Origin: Thermodesulfobacteriota bacterium
Lineage (GTDB): Bacteria > Desulfobacterota > Desulfobulbia > Desulfobulbales > SURF-16
Length of the DNA stretch: 64,000 nucleotides
Direction: 5' to 3'
Assembly: GCA_040755455.1 (NCBI GenBank)
Contig: JBFMAY010000014.1
Location: forward strand, 1 to 64,000
Shown in pieces: positions 39,126 through 50,002 of the stretch (positions within the stretch are counted from its first letter, which is position 1; each line of letters begins with the position of its first letter). The notes below the pieces were generated by a model. It was not told the origin of the DNA, ran no database searches, and saw nothing but the letters and a program-made list of their open reading frames with translations. Both the position numbers and the translations under genes were made by a program.

Positions 39126-42100
39126 TCAAAAACCATCCAGGAGCTGCAGGAGATCTTCGGCCCGCAGCTTGTTGCTCAGGTCGCTGCCTTCAAGGAGACT
39201 GTCAGCAAGTTCGCGCTTGTCCTGATGCAGCCGGAGAATTTTTTCCTCGATGGTGTTTCTGGTGACCAGCCGGTAGACCGTGACCGGGCGGGTCTGGCCG
39301 ATGCGGTGGGCCCGGTCCGAGGCCTGGTCCTCCACCGCCGGGTTCCACCAGGGATCCATGTGGATGACGAAATCGGCGGCGGTGAGATTCAGACCCAGCC
39401 CGCCTGCCTTGAGGCTGATGAGGAAGAGATCGCCGTCTCCTGCCTGGAACTCGGCCACCTGTTCCTGGCGTTTGAGCGCCGGGGTGGTGCCGTCCAGGTA
39501 TTTATAGGTGATGTTGCGTTCGTCGAGAAAGGCGCGGATAATGTGAAGGTGCCGGGCAAACTGGCTGAAAACCAAGGCCTTGTGCCGGTTTTCAATAAGA
39601 TCCATGATGATGGTGCCGAAAAGCTCGAGTTTGGAGCTTTGGATAGCCGTATCCGGCTGGACCAGCCTGGGATTGCAGCATGCCTGCCGCAGCCGCATGA
39701 TCTCGGCCAGAATCTGCATATGCCGGTGGGACGGCGAGGCATCGGTGTGTTCGATTTTCTCCAGGGCGCGGATGCGCAGTGCTTCATAGAAGGCGGTCTC
39801 CTCAGGGCTCATATCGACCTGGAGAACGACCTCGGTCCGCGGCGGCAGTTCCTCCAGGACCTGGCTTTTCAAGCGCCGGAGAATGAAGGGCTGGATCAGT
39901 TTTTTTAATTTTTTGCGGGCGTTCTTGTCCTTGTCTTTTTCAATGGCCATGGCATAGCGCTGATTGAACTGCTCCAGGGAACCGAGCAGGCCCGGGTTGA
40001 TGAAGTTGAAAAGGTTCCACAGTTCTCCCAGGTGGTTTTCGATGGGGGTGCCGGTGGTGATCATCTTGAAATTGCCGTCGAGTTCCATGGCGGCCCTGGA
40101 GCGCTTGGTGGCGATGTTTTTGATGGCTTGGGCCTCGTCGAGCACGATGACTCGCCATTTTTTCCCTGAAAGGAGTTTGTCCTCCTGTTGCAGCAGGCCG
40201 TAACTGCAGATCAGCACGTCAAAAGGGCCAAGGCCGTCCACCAGCTGTTCCCGTTCCTTGCCGCCGAAGATCAAAGTGTGCAGGGTGGGCGCAAAACGGC
40301 GGACTTCCTCCTGCCAGTTCATGCAGACTGAGGTGGGGGCCACCACCAGCGAAGGGCCGTGCGGAGCCTCCTGCAGAATGATGCCCAGGGTCTGTACGGT
40401 TTTTCCCAGACCCATATCGTCGGCCAGACAGGCGCCGACACCCCAGTGTTTGAGCCGGGCCAGCCATTTGAATCCCTCAATCTGGTACTCGCGCAGTTCG
40501 GCCTGCAGGGTTGTCGGCACCTCGCTCTGAAAGGCGCGTGATTCCCGGATGCGCTGCAGCTGCTCCTGCCACTGCTGGTCGGCGGTCACCTGGATGCCGC
40601 TTTCCGTGAAACCTTCCAGGGTGCAGCATGCCAGGGGATGCATGCGCCTCAGCTGCCCGTGGGCTTCGCTAAAGGAGGTCAATTCATCCAGCTGTTTCCG
40701 GAATTCCCGGGACAGGGCGAGGAACTCACCTTTGCCCAGGGGGATGAATCGGCCGGAATTTGCCTGGATCAGTTCCAGCAACGTTTTCATCTCCATCACC
40801 TTGTCTTGGTCGATGGCGAGTTGTCCGTCCAGTTCAAACCAGTTCTGTTTCCGTCTGATATGCAACTGGAAATCCTGGAAGGAGGCATGGTGGCGGATGG
40901 CAAGTTTTTCCCCTTCAGGCCATTCAATGATGACGTCATCCCCCAGGTTCTGGATTTCCGCAAGCACCTCCAGGCAATCCTGCAGATCCTCGATGAACCA
41001 CTCGCCGTCCATCCCGCTCAGTCTGGCCAGGGTGGGGCATCGTTCCTCGATCTGCGCGCAGTTTTCTCTTTCCTTGTCAAGGTTGCGGCAGGTTTGCAGG
41101 CGTTTGCCGTGAATCTCGGCAATGACGTTCACCGCCCCCTCGCCGGGATAGAGATAAGGTCCGCCGACGGCAAAAGGCTTCACCAGCATGGAGACCCGGA
41201 AGCCGGTGCCCACCGGCAGCAGCTGCATGATGATCTTGTCCGCGGCCCGCACCTCTTCGATCTCTCTTGAGGTGGCGCCGATATCGGAGTGTATGGTCAG
41301 GCAGGATGAAAGATTGCCCAGGGTTTCCAGGACCTGTTTTTTGGCGCCTTCCGGAATGCGGAGACCGTCGTCGCCGATGATTGCCGCAATTTTGCGGTGT
41401 TTTTCCGAGATCTCGATAATCCTGAAGCGGGTGGGGGTCTCCCGCACCGCCATCACCTTTTCATCGCCGATGGGTGATGAGAATTCCAGCAGCACCTTGT
41501 CCGCTGTTTGGGTGGCATGCAGTTCCGGTTCACCCCTGGTGAATTCCACCGGCACGGAGGGATGCGCGCTGGAAAAGAGCAGGGGATGGCCGACCAGGGC
41601 GGACAGGGTTTCATCCATGTCAAATTCAAAGGAGGTTTCATGGCTGAACTCCTTTTTGCGCAATGACGCCCTGATTCTCTGGTCCTGCTCGGTGAGGAAG
41701 GGGAGATTTTCGCCGGCGTGCAAACGTTTCAGTGCCACGGAGCGTCCCTGGCTCCATTTGCCGCTGGCGGTGAGTTTTTGTTCCCTGGGGTGAATGGTGA
41801 CAAAGCCGTCCTTGAAGTCCACCAGCCAGACCATTCTGTACTGGGGCGGACCAGCATCCTCATCTTCCAGGCTGACGATATTCAGGGCCTTTAAGGCGCG
41901 TTGCCAGGCTTTTTCATGGGGAAGCACGGCGAGGAGCGAGGTGATGGCCGCTTTGCGGCAGACCGCGACGCTGAAATCCTGATAGGACTCGATTTCAGTG
42001 GCCTGATAGAGCAGGGCCGCATATTCCATGGCCAGCCAGTCGTAGCCGTTTTCCCTGGCCCGGGTGTAAAATTCATGCAGTTCATCCCGCTGGCCTGCTT

Positions 42101-43271
42101 CCAGCGTGCCGTTGAGCCAGAAGCTGCCAAGCCCCATGAACAGGGCCGTCACCGCGTCTTTCCCCCCCTGCTGCCATATCTGCGAAGTGAAATCCGGCTT
42201 GAAGTTTTCCAGTTTGGCCTTGGTCACCTGCTGGAGAATCCTGTAGGCCGGGAGCAGGGGATTATTGCTCTGCTCCGTTTCCACCGTGGCGATAAAGGAG
42301 GAGATGACCGGATACTTCCGGTAGTCGCCTGATTTCAGCAGGGCCAGGATAAAGATGAGTCCTTCCATGCCGATGAAAAAAACGTTTTTTGCCTCTTTCT
42401 TTATGCGCAGCTCGATCAGATCTTCCTGGAAGCTGGCAATGGCTGCCGGGTTGTTGCCGAGCAGGAATTCCAGCCAGCCACGCAGGCCGAAGGAGTCAAT
42501 GTGGTTGCCGGCCTCGGCAATTTTCAGGCGGGCCGCATCCATATCGGCCCGTAGCAGCTGGTTGAGAATAATCAGATAATAGATGGAGGGCCAGCCCTGC
42601 CGCGGAATCACCTTCAGGGTGTTTTCATCGGTGAGATAAGCAAGAGGCAGGTCGAAGGATTCAAGGTCGAGGAGGCTTTTTCGGCTTATTTCATGGAGGC
42701 TGTGGAGCTGCAGGTGGGGCGGCAGGGTGCTGAACCACCGGGCCTCAAACGGGTTGTTGACGATTTCCACCAGCGGGGAGTGCAGTTCCGAGGTGTCCGG
42801 GCAGTCATAATAGCGCAGGAGATGTTCGTTGAAATGATCGAACTTGCCCAGGTACAGACCGATGCGCATTTCCCGTAAATGGCGCAGGCTTTTCTGCAGC
42901 AGGGTATCGTAGGCCTGCCCATTGGCGGGAAGATGTTTGCCGACGATGCGGGCCATGCGGGCAAAGTTGCCGGCGGTCAGGGCTTTCCTGCTGATGATTT
43001 CCACCATGAGGGGGTGGCACTGGCAGCGCCAGGTCACGAGATCTTGTTCCTGCAGTTTGCGCAGCATAGCGGATTGCGGCCGCGCCGCGCCGGGCAGGTT
43101 TGCATCATCGTGCCGGCCGGTAAATTCCTGGAAGCAGCTGATGATGGCGGCAGCGCCGGCGGGCTCGAAAATGATCGAGATGAGCTGGAGCAGTTCCTGC
43201 TCTTCCCTGGCCAGGGCTTCATACTGGGAGAGAAGATGCGTAATTTTCCGGGTGGATGAAAATTTTGCCAT
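39126..43271 (-). CDS. SNF2/DEAD-like helicase
   Basis: LADDMGLGKT, DEAQAIKN, TGTPIEN, SLKAGGLGLNLT, DPWWNP, RAHRIGQ. Confidence 0.95.
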   Translation of the reverse strand: MAKFSSTRKITHLLSQYEALAREEQELLQLISIIFEPAGAAAIISCFQEFTGRHDDANLPGAARPQSAMLRKLQEQDLVTWRCQCHPLMVEIISRKALTAGNFARMARIVGKHLPANGQAYDTLLQKSLRHLREMRIGLYLGKFDHFNEHLLRYYDCPDTSELHSPLVEIVNNPFEARWFSTLPPHLQLHSLHEISRKSLLDLESFDLPLAYLTDENTLKVIPRQGWPSIYYLIILNQLLRADMDAARLKIAEAGNHIDSFGLRGWLEFLLGNNPAAIASFQEDLIELRIKKEAKNVFFIGMEGLIFILALLKSGDYRKYPVISSFIATVETEQSNNPLLPAYRILQQVTKAKLENFKPDFTSQIWQQGGKDAVTALFMGLGSFWLNGTLEAGQRDELHEFYTRARENGYDWLAMEYAALLYQATEIESYQDFSVAVCRKAAITSLLAVLPHEKAWQRALKALNIVSLEDEDAGPPQYRMVWLVDFKDGFVTIHPREQKLTASGKWSQGRSVALKRLHAGENLPFLTEQDQRIRASLRKKEFSHETSFEFDMDETLSALVGHPLLFSSAHPSVPVEFTRGEPELHATQTADKVLLEFSSPIGDEKVMAVRETPTRFRIIEISEKHRKIAAIIGDDGLRIPEGAKKQVLETLGNLSSCLTIHSDIGATSREIEEVRAADKIIMQLLPVGTGFRVSMLVKPFAVGGPYLYPGEGAVNVIAEIHGKRLQTCRNLDKERENCAQIEERCPTLARLSGMDGEWFIEDLQDCLEVLAEIQNLGDDVIIEWPEGEKLAIRHHASFQDFQLHIRRKQNWFELDGQLAIDQDKVMEMKTLLELIQANSGRFIPLGKGEFLALSREFRKQLDELTSFSEAHGQLRRMHPLACCTLEGFTESGIQVTADQQWQEQLQRIRESRAFQSEVPTTLQAELREYQIEGFKWLARLKHWGVGACLADDMGLGKTVQTLGIILQEAPHGPSLVVAPTSVCMNWQEEVRRFAPTLHTLIFGGKEREQLVDGLGPFDVLICSYGLLQQEDKLLSGKKWRVIVLDEAQAIKNIATKRSRAAMELDGNFKMITTGTPIENHLGELWNLFNFINPGLLGSLEQFNQRYAMAIEKDKDKNARKKLKKLIQPFILRRLKSQVLEELPPRTEVVLQVDMSPEETAFYEALRIRALEKIEHTDASPSHRHMQILAEIMRLRQACCNPRLVQPDTAIQSSKLELFGTIIMDLIENRHKALVFSQFARHLHIIRAFLDERNITYKYLDGTTPALKRQEQVAEFQAGDGDLFLISLKAGGLGLNLTAADFVIHMDPWWNPAVEDQASDRAHRIGQTRPVTVYRLVTRNTIEEKILRLHQDKRELADSLLEGSDLSNKLRAEDLLQLLDGF

Positions 43272-43465
43272 TTTGGTAGTATACCATAAAATTGCGGTCT
43301 GACTTGTTCATTTTTAGCAGCCAGCATGGGGGAAACCAAAAAAACGAGCGCGTCGCCGCCCGCGGCATGGGCCGGCAGGCAGCAAGGGCCGCCGGTTTTG
43401 TCCTGCTATGATGATATGTGTGTTTTTTACTGGACAAAGTTTCTTTTTTTCAGTTTGTTCATCAC

Positions 43466-44215
43466 ATGAAAATACATTTTTTGGGGGTTGGCGAGGCCTG
43501 CGATGCACGCTGTCCCAATACATCGCTGCTTGTTACGGTAGGAAACGGCCGGCGTTTTCTGCTTGACTGCGGCTTTACCGTCCCGCATCTCTATTTTGCC
43601 GTAAGCCTCGACCCGGACGAGCTGGATGCGCTGTGGATTTCCCACTTTCATGGCGATCATTTTTTCGGTGTGCCGCTGCTGCTGCTCAGGTTCTGGGAAA
43701 TGGGCCGCCGGAAAAAGCTGGTTATTGCCGGGCCCCGGGGAGTACGGGAAAAAATTGCGGCGGCCATGGAGCTTGCCTACCCGGACTTCATGGCCCGGCT
43801 CATGTATCACCTTGAATTTGTCGAAATTGAACCGGGAGACGGCCGGGACATTGCCGGCACAGGCTGGCGCACGGCGGAAAATGTCCATTCCGAGCGTTGC
43901 CTGGCCTTGTGTATCGATGACGGCGGCCACCGCATCTTTTACAGCGGGGATGGCCGGCCGACCAGGGAGACGGCGGCTCTGGCCCGGGGCTGCGACCTGA
44001 TCGTGCATGAGGCCTTCCGGCTGGGCGAGGAAGTGGACAACCACGGCAGTGTCAGGGGCTGCCTTGAATTCGCCGGCAGGGCCGGGGTGAGGCACCTTGC
44101 CCTGGTGCATGTGCAGCGCACCTGCCGGGAGACCGCCCAACAAACGGTCGCCGGGCTGGTTCGTGACGGTCTGCATGTTTTTCTGCCGGAACCGGGGGAG
44201 CTGTTTTGTTTATAA
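43466..44215 (+). CDS. Metallo-beta-lactamase fold, RNase Z-like protein
   Basis: LLDCG, SHFHGDH, YSGDG, HEA, LVH. Confidence 0.85.
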   Translation: MKIHFLGVGEACDARCPNTSLLVTVGNGRRFLLDCGFTVPHLYFAVSLDPDELDALWISHFHGDHFFGVPLLLLRFWEMGRRKKLVIAGPRGVREKIAAAMELAYPDFMARLMYHLEFVEIEPGDGRDIAGTGWRTAENVHSERCLALCIDDGGHRIFYSGDGRPTRETAALARGCDLIVHEAFRLGEEVDNHGSVRGCLEFAGRAGVRHLALVHVQRTCRETAQQTVAGLVRDGLHVFLPEPGELFCL

Positions 44216-44446
44216 GGATCTCTGACGGGCGGCAAGATCCCCGGCCATTGGCCTGGAGGTTCCGGCATCATGGTTTTTTTTCATCTTGAAAAATAGCCCG
44301 TGCACGGCTTGACTCAACACCAACAGTTGCTATATTAATGAGTGCAGCATAATAAGTTGAATTGATAAAAAAATGTCGGGCGCAGCGAAAGCATCATTTG
44401 CCCGACCAGGATTTGCAAGTTCTTGTCACATTAGGGAGGATGATAA

Positions 44447-45163
44447 ATGTACGAAAATGGTTTTAATAGAACGGTTACCGTTTCCCAGGCCGAAACCCAG
44501 GCCTCAACGATTTTCCTGGCCAAGGTTTTCAACTGGATGGCCATGGGGCTGGGACTCACCGGGCTGATGGCCTTTCTGGTGGCCAACTCGGAAACAGCGA
44601 TGCAGATTTTTATCTTTAACCCCATGATGCGCTGGGGGCTCATTTTTGCCGAGCTGGGGCTGGTTTTTTATCTGTCCGCCAGGGTGATGCGTCTTTCCCC
44701 CCAGGCGGCAACCGCCCTCTTTCTCATCTACTCGGCCTTAAACGGCATCACCCTGTCCGTGATCCTGCATGTGTATACCGCCACCTCCGTGGCCGCCACC
44801 TTCTTTATCACCGCCGGCATGTTCGGCGCCATGGCCATTTACGGCCTGGTAACCAAGAAGGACCTGAGCGGCCTGGGCTCCTTCATGTTCATGGGGCTGA
44901 TCGGCATGATCATTGCCTCGGTGGTCAATATCTTCCTGCAGAGCTCCATGATGGCCTGGATCGTCTCCGGCCTTGGCGTGATTATCTTCACCGGGCTCAC
45001 CGCCTATGATGTGCAGAAGATTACCCAGATCGGCGCATCCGGCATCATGCGGGAGGGCGAAGCCGCCATCCGCAAGGGGGCGATCATGGGCGCCCTGGCC
45101 CTGTATCTTGATTTCATCAACCTGTTCCTGAGCCTGCTGCATTTCCTCGGCAACCGGGAATAG
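44447..45163 (+). CDS. Bax inhibitor-1/YccA family membrane protein
   Basis: Seven TM segments, LTAYDVQKI, ALALYLDFINLF. Confidence 0.93.
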   Translation: MYENGFNRTVTVSQAETQASTIFLAKVFNWMAMGLGLTGLMAFLVANSETAMQIFIFNPMMRWGLIFAELGLVFYLSARVMRLSPQAATALFLIYSALNGITLSVILHVYTATSVAATFFITAGMFGAMAIYGLVTKKDLSGLGSFMFMGLIGMIIASVVNIFLQSSMMAWIVSGLGVIIFTGLTAYDVQKITQIGASGIMREGEAAIRKGAIMGALALYLDFINLFLSLLHFLGNRE

Positions 45164-45173
45164 TTCCTTGCCG

Positions 45174-45228
45174 CCCCGTGGTTTTTACCACGGGGAAATT
45201 CATTAGGGGCGGTTCGCGAACCGCCCCT
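45174..45228. repeat. Hairpin plus 24-bp perfect palindrome (REP-like) at the left edge of island 2
   Basis: CCCCGTGG-TTTTTA-CCACGGGG (45174-45195); AGGGGCGGTTCGCGAACCGCCCCT (45205-45228). Confidence 0.6.
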
Positions 45229-45440
45229 GCTACCCCAACCTCTTGCATCCTTTTTCCCCCTTCCTTCCTGCGCATTTCCAATCAGCAGGGATTTCATTTT
45301 TTTAATCTTCCTGCCATCTGATAGCAGTTTTCTCTTGCAAATTTTTTAATTGCGGGTTTTTTTCTGAGCAGTCATTCATTTTTTGGGGAGGCTGCCATTC
45401 TCCCTGTTTCCCGCTAAACAGCCAAAACGGAAAAAAACGG

Positions 45441-48275
45441 ATGAGTAACACCAAACCCACGGTGTTTATCAGCTACAGCCACAAGGATGAGGAGTGGAAA
45501 AATCAGCTTCTCCCGCATCTCAAGGCCTTTGAGCAGCAGGGCGATCTGCTGCTCTGGCATGACCGCAGGATCGACACCGGCGCAGACTGGTTTCCGGAGA
45601 TCGAGGAGGCGGTGGAAAGGTCACGGGTAGCAGTCTGTATTATCTCAGAAAATTTCCTGGCCTCGGATTTCATTATCAAGGAGGAGGTGCCGGACCTGCT
45701 GAAACGGCGGGAGGCCAAAGATCTGATCATTATGCCTTTGCTTGCTGAGCCCTGCCCGTGGCAAGCCATCCGCTGGCTCAAGGGTATCCAGATGTTTCCC
45801 TCGGACAACAATTGCCTTGCCGCCATCAGAGGCAAAACAAAGCGGAAACAACTGCTGGCGGATTTTGCCATCAAGGTGGCGGATCAGGCAGTTCCTACGA
45901 GATTGGATGAGTTGCTTACCGTCCGGAAGTCTTCCACGTGCATTATCAGTCTTTGCGAGACATTCCAGCCCTCTCTTGATTATAGAATTGAGATCTCCCA
46001 TCTTCCCGTGACCGGGGTCGAACTCTTTGGCCGCGAGGCGGAGCTTGAACTGTTGGACAATTCCTGGAAAGAGGGCAAAACCAATGTCATCAGTTTCGTG
46101 GCCTGGGGCGGGGTGGGGAAATCCACCCTGATCAACCGTTGGCTCGCCGAGATGGCCATGGACAGCTATCGGGCCGTCGCCCGGGTCTTTGGCTGGTCCT
46201 TTTACAGCCAGGGGACCGGTGAGTGGGTCACCTCGGCGGACCGCTTCATTGCCGAGGCCCTGGCCTGGTTTGGTGATCCGGACCCTACGACAGGCTCACC
46301 CTGGGACAAGGGCCAGCGCCTGGCAGATCTCATTCGCAAAGAGCGGACTCTTCTGGTGCTGGACGGGCTGGAGCCGCTGCAGGCCGAGCATGACTTTGAA
46401 AGAGGCCGGATCAAGGACCCTGGCCTGGCCGTCCTGATTAAAGAATTGGCAAAAGACAATCCCGGCCTCTGCCTCATCACCACCCGTGAACAGGTGGCTG
46501 ATCTCAAACGCTTCCCGCAAAACGTGCTGGAAAGAAATCTTGAGCAGATATCCGCTCAAGCCGGCCGGGCCCTGTTGCGGGTGGGCGGCGTGCGGGGCAC
46601 GGACCGGGGATTGGAGGATGCCTCGCGCGCCTTCGGCAATCATGCCCTGGCCGTCAAGCTCCTGGCCGCCTATCTCCATGCGATCCCAGAACACCACATC
46701 AAACACGCGGCCGATATCCCCGACCTGGATATCCTAGATGACCAGGGGCGACAGCCCCGTCGGGTCATGGCCGCCCTGCTGCAGCATTTGGGGGACTGCC
46801 CGGAGGTGGAGTATCTGCGGATTCTTGGCCTATTTGACCGACCGGCGGACCAGGAGGCCCTGACGGCGCTGCTCACTCCGCCGCCTATCCCGGATTTGAC
46901 CGGTCAGATCATGGCAGTTGCCGAAGGAGATCGCCATGACTGCCTCACCCGCCTGCGACGCCTGGGCCTTCTGGCCCCGGCAAGCAGCCATCGCGTCGGC
47001 GATCTGGACTGCCATCCCCTGGTGCGGGAGCATATGGCCGACCTCCTCCAAAAGCAATTCCCCCAGGCCTGGCAGCAGGGCAACCTGCGGCTTTACGAGC
47101 ACTATAAGGGGATAGCCAAGGAATACCCGGACACCATCGAGGAGATGGCTCCGCTTTTTTACGCCTGCGCCCATGGCTGCCGGGCCGGTAACCAACAGGA
47201 GGCGCTGATTGAGGTGTATTGGAAACGTATTAAAAGGGGGAATGAGCATTACTGCACGCGAAAACTCGGCGCCTTCGGTTCTGATCTGGCGGCCCTGGCC
47301 AACTTTTTCGACTCCATCTGGGACCGGCCCGCGCCAGGGCTTGCTGAAATGTGGCAGGCTTGGGTCTTGGGCAATGCCGGTTTTCGCTTAAAGGCCCTTG
47401 GCAGGCTGGCCGAGGCAAAGAGGCCAATGCGGGACTGCTTGGAAATGTGCATCCGACAGAGAAATTGGTCGGAGGCGTCAAAAATTACTTCCAACCTCAG
47501 CGAGCTCTTCCTCGACCTGGGCGAGATGGCCTGGGCTGTGGAGTATGGGCAACAAACTGTGGAATTGGCCGCGCGCAGCGGTAATCGGCATTCGCGTGTG
47601 ATTGGCCTTACCACCCATGCTGTTTCCCGCCATCAGGCCGGCCAATTGGCCGAGGCCGAAGAGCTGTTTCGTCAGGCTGAAGCCATGCAGCGGGAAGAGC
47701 AGCTCGACTACCCCATGCTCTACTCACTGCGGGGATTCCAATACTGTGACCTGCTCTTTGATCTTTACCCGCCAACCGAGGTCTGGAAACGGGTGAAGAA
47801 GACGTTGGGCTGGGCGGAAAAGGCAACGGGAGTATCCCTCCTCGACATTGGCCTGGACCACCTCACCATGGGCCGGGCCTGCCAGCGGCTAGGTGAGCCG
47901 GTCACTGCCGCCACCTATCTCGCACAAGCCATAGACTTTTTGCGTAAAGCAAATTTTCAAGAGATTCTCCCACGCGGTCTCCTAGCCCGGGCCGCCTTTT
48001 GCCGGGAGCAGGGGCAACTGAACGCCGCCCGCCGGGATCTGGAGGAGGTCCTGGAGATCGCCGAACCCTGCGGCATGCGTCTCCATCTCACCGACTATCA
48101 TCTGGAGAGCTGCCGGCTGGGGCTGGCCGAAAACGAGCTGCCCACTGCCCACGAGCATCTGGACAAGGCGAAAAAACTGGTCGCCGAGACCGGCTACCAC
48201 CGCCGGGACCGGGAGGTTCAGGAACTTGAAAAATTGCTGGCCGCCGCAGATACGGCCGGCAAACAGGCACCGTAA
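45441..48275 (+). CDS. TIR domain - STAND (NB-ARC/NACHT-like) ATPase - TPR protein
   Basis: TIR VFISYSHKD...WHD...IS.NFLASDFIIKEE; FGREAEL; Walker A GGVGKST; Walker B LLVLDGLE; LITTR; HPLVRE; C-terminal TPR-like helices. Confidence 0.9.
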   Translation: MSNTKPTVFISYSHKDEEWKNQLLPHLKAFEQQGDLLLWHDRRIDTGADWFPEIEEAVERSRVAVCIISENFLASDFIIKEEVPDLLKRREAKDLIIMPLLAEPCPWQAIRWLKGIQMFPSDNNCLAAIRGKTKRKQLLADFAIKVADQAVPTRLDELLTVRKSSTCIISLCETFQPSLDYRIEISHLPVTGVELFGREAELELLDNSWKEGKTNVISFVAWGGVGKSTLINRWLAEMAMDSYRAVARVFGWSFYSQGTGEWVTSADRFIAEALAWFGDPDPTTGSPWDKGQRLADLIRKERTLLVLDGLEPLQAEHDFERGRIKDPGLAVLIKELAKDNPGLCLITTREQVADLKRFPQNVLERNLEQISAQAGRALLRVGGVRGTDRGLEDASRAFGNHALAVKLLAAYLHAIPEHHIKHAADIPDLDILDDQGRQPRRVMAALLQHLGDCPEVEYLRILGLFDRPADQEALTALLTPPPIPDLTGQIMAVAEGDRHDCLTRLRRLGLLAPASSHRVGDLDCHPLVREHMADLLQKQFPQAWQQGNLRLYEHYKGIAKEYPDTIEEMAPLFYACAHGCRAGNQQEALIEVYWKRIKRGNEHYCTRKLGAFGSDLAALANFFDSIWDRPAPGLAEMWQAWVLGNAGFRLKALGRLAEAKRPMRDCLEMCIRQRNWSEASKITSNLSELFLDLGEMAWAVEYGQQTVELAARSGNRHSRVIGLTTHAVSRHQAGQLAEAEELFRQAEAMQREEQLDYPMLYSLRGFQYCDLLFDLYPPTEVWKRVKKTLGWAEKATGVSLLDIGLDHLTMGRACQRLGEPVTAATYLAQAIDFLRKANFQEILPRGLLARAAFCREQGQLNAARRDLEEVLEIAEPCGMRLHLTDYHLESCRLGLAENELPTAHEHLDKAKKLVAETGYHRRDREVQELEKLLAAADTAGKQAP

Positions 48276-48356
48276 AGAGTGGCCGAATGAAAATTATGCC
48301 AACAATAACCGCTATGGCCGTAACCGTGGTTGGGAAAAAGCGAGGATCGTAACTCC

Positions 48357-48422
48357 GTAGGAGCGGGCCATGCCCGCGATCCTTGTGATGCCACGGTTAT
48401 CGCGGGCATGGCCCGCTCCTAC
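48357..48422. repeat. REPIN of the same GTAG family as at the rayt locus
   Basis: GTAGGAGCGGGCCATGCCCGCGAT 48357-48380 and exact reverse complement 48399-48422. Confidence 0.92.
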
Positions 48423-48507
48423 GGCAAAAATGTGTGAATTTTAAAGTATTTTTAATAAGATAGATGTTTCCATGCAGCCACTAAACATCTAGCGCAAGGA
48501 GAAAGTC

Positions 48508-49998
48508 ATGCCCTTACCCCAATACGATGAAGTTCATGTCATCTCCGACCTCCACATGGGAGGGGAGAGCGGTTTTCAGATTCTCCGGGAGACCGAAAAA
48601 CTCGCGGGTTTTATCCGCTGGGTCGCGGAACAAAAGCCGGACGGCCGGGTGGCCCTGGTGTTGAACGGGGATGTCATCGACACCCTGGCCGAGGAGAGCG
48701 GCGGCTACATCGCGGTGGACAATGCCGAGGCCGTGGTCAAGCGGATCATGGCCGACCCGGCCTTTGCACCGGTCTGGGCCAGCCTGGCGGACTTTGTCAA
48801 AATTGCCAACCGCACCCTGGTCATGGTGCTCGGCAACCATGATCTGGAGATGTCCTTCCCCGGAGTGCAGCGCCTGGTGGTGGAAAGGCTGGCCGGGGAT
48901 GATCCCCTGGCCCGGGCCCGCATCGAGTTTTCCACCATGGGGGCCGGTTTTTCCTGCCTGGTGGGCGGCTCCCGGGTCTTCTGCACCCATGGCAACGAGG
49001 TGGACGCCTGGAACTATACCCGTTACGAGGATCTTGCCAGGGCGGGCCGGCGGCTCAGCAGCGGCCGGTCGCTCAAACCAAGCGAATGGGAGCCCAACGC
49101 CGGCACCATGATGGTCAAGGACGTCATGAATACGGTAAAAAAAGACTACCCCTGGATCGACCTGTTGAAACCGGAGATGCAGGCCGCGGTGGGGGTGCTC
49201 CTGGCCCTTGACCCCGGCCAGGTGGAGAAAATCAACCGCCTCCTGCCCATCATCGGCGAGAAGGTGGTGGGCAGCATGGAGGTGGATCAACGGCTCTCGG
49301 CCGAGGGTTTCATTGCTCCGGCCAAAAAGGAGGCCCGTCCCGCCTCGGTGGATAGTCTGCTTGGCCCCAGCCTCATGGAGGGACTGCGCAGCGGCGCCGG
49401 GGCCAACCGTCCCACGGCTGACGCCCTGCTGCTTTCGGCGGAAAGGAAATACAAAACCGGCAGCGCCGTCACCGACCCCCATGACGAAACCCTGGGCACC
49501 GGCCAGTATCTCTGGGACCGGTTCACCGGCTGGTTCAGAGGGGTCAGCAAGGTCGAGGCCCTGCGCCGGGCACTGAAAGACTGGCTCAAGGATGACCGTA
49601 CCTTTGATATCAAGGACCGGGACGAGACCTGCAAAGAGGTGGTGGCCTCGGTGGGGCAGGGCATTCATTTCCTGGTCACCGGCCACACCCATCTGGAAAG
49701 GGCCATTGACCTGGGCGGCGGCCGTTTCTACTTTAACTGCGGCACCTGGATCCGTTTGCTGAAATTCAGCAAGGCCATGCTGGAAGACGAAACGGCCTTC
49801 ACGCCGGTATATGAGCTGCTGGTCAACGGTACAATGGAGAAAATCGACAAAAAGGACTTTAACGGTCAGCCCTTTGTCATGCCCCAGCAGAGCGCGGTCA
49901 GCATCAGGGTTGAAGCGGGGAAGGTGGTGGGCAGACTGCTCCACATAGAGGGAATCGACCCAGTCTCTCCGAAGACAATCCAACAGTTCACGAGGTAA
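48508..49998 (+). CDS. Calcineurin-like metallophosphoesterase with large insertion
   Basis: SDLH, NGDVID, GNHD, THG, GHTH, N.G.W all present; AAGGAG RBS. Confidence 0.88.
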   Translation: MPLPQYDEVHVISDLHMGGESGFQILRETEKLAGFIRWVAEQKPDGRVALVLNGDVIDTLAEESGGYIAVDNAEAVVKRIMADPAFAPVWASLADFVKIANRTLVMVLGNHDLEMSFPGVQRLVVERLAGDDPLARARIEFSTMGAGFSCLVGGSRVFCTHGNEVDAWNYTRYEDLARAGRRLSSGRSLKPSEWEPNAGTMMVKDVMNTVKKDYPWIDLLKPEMQAAVGVLLALDPGQVEKINRLLPIIGEKVVGSMEVDQRLSAEGFIAPAKKEARPASVDSLLGPSLMEGLRSGAGANRPTADALLLSAERKYKTGSAVTDPHDETLGTGQYLWDRFTGWFRGVSKVEALRRALKDWLKDDRTFDIKDRDETCKEVVASVGQGIHFLVTGHTHLERAIDLGGGRFYFNCGTWIRLLKFSKAMLEDETAFTPVYELLVNGTMEKIDKKDFNGQPFVMPQQSAVSIRVEAGKVVGRLLHIEGIDPVSPKTIQQFTR

Positions 49999-50002
49999 CC
50001 AT

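Noticed and set aside
39126..43271. SNF2 helicase as part of a defence system (DISARM/Zorya-like)
   Set aside because: No methylase, nuclease or other partner is adjacent; it is separated from island 2 by the RNase Z-like and yccA-like genes
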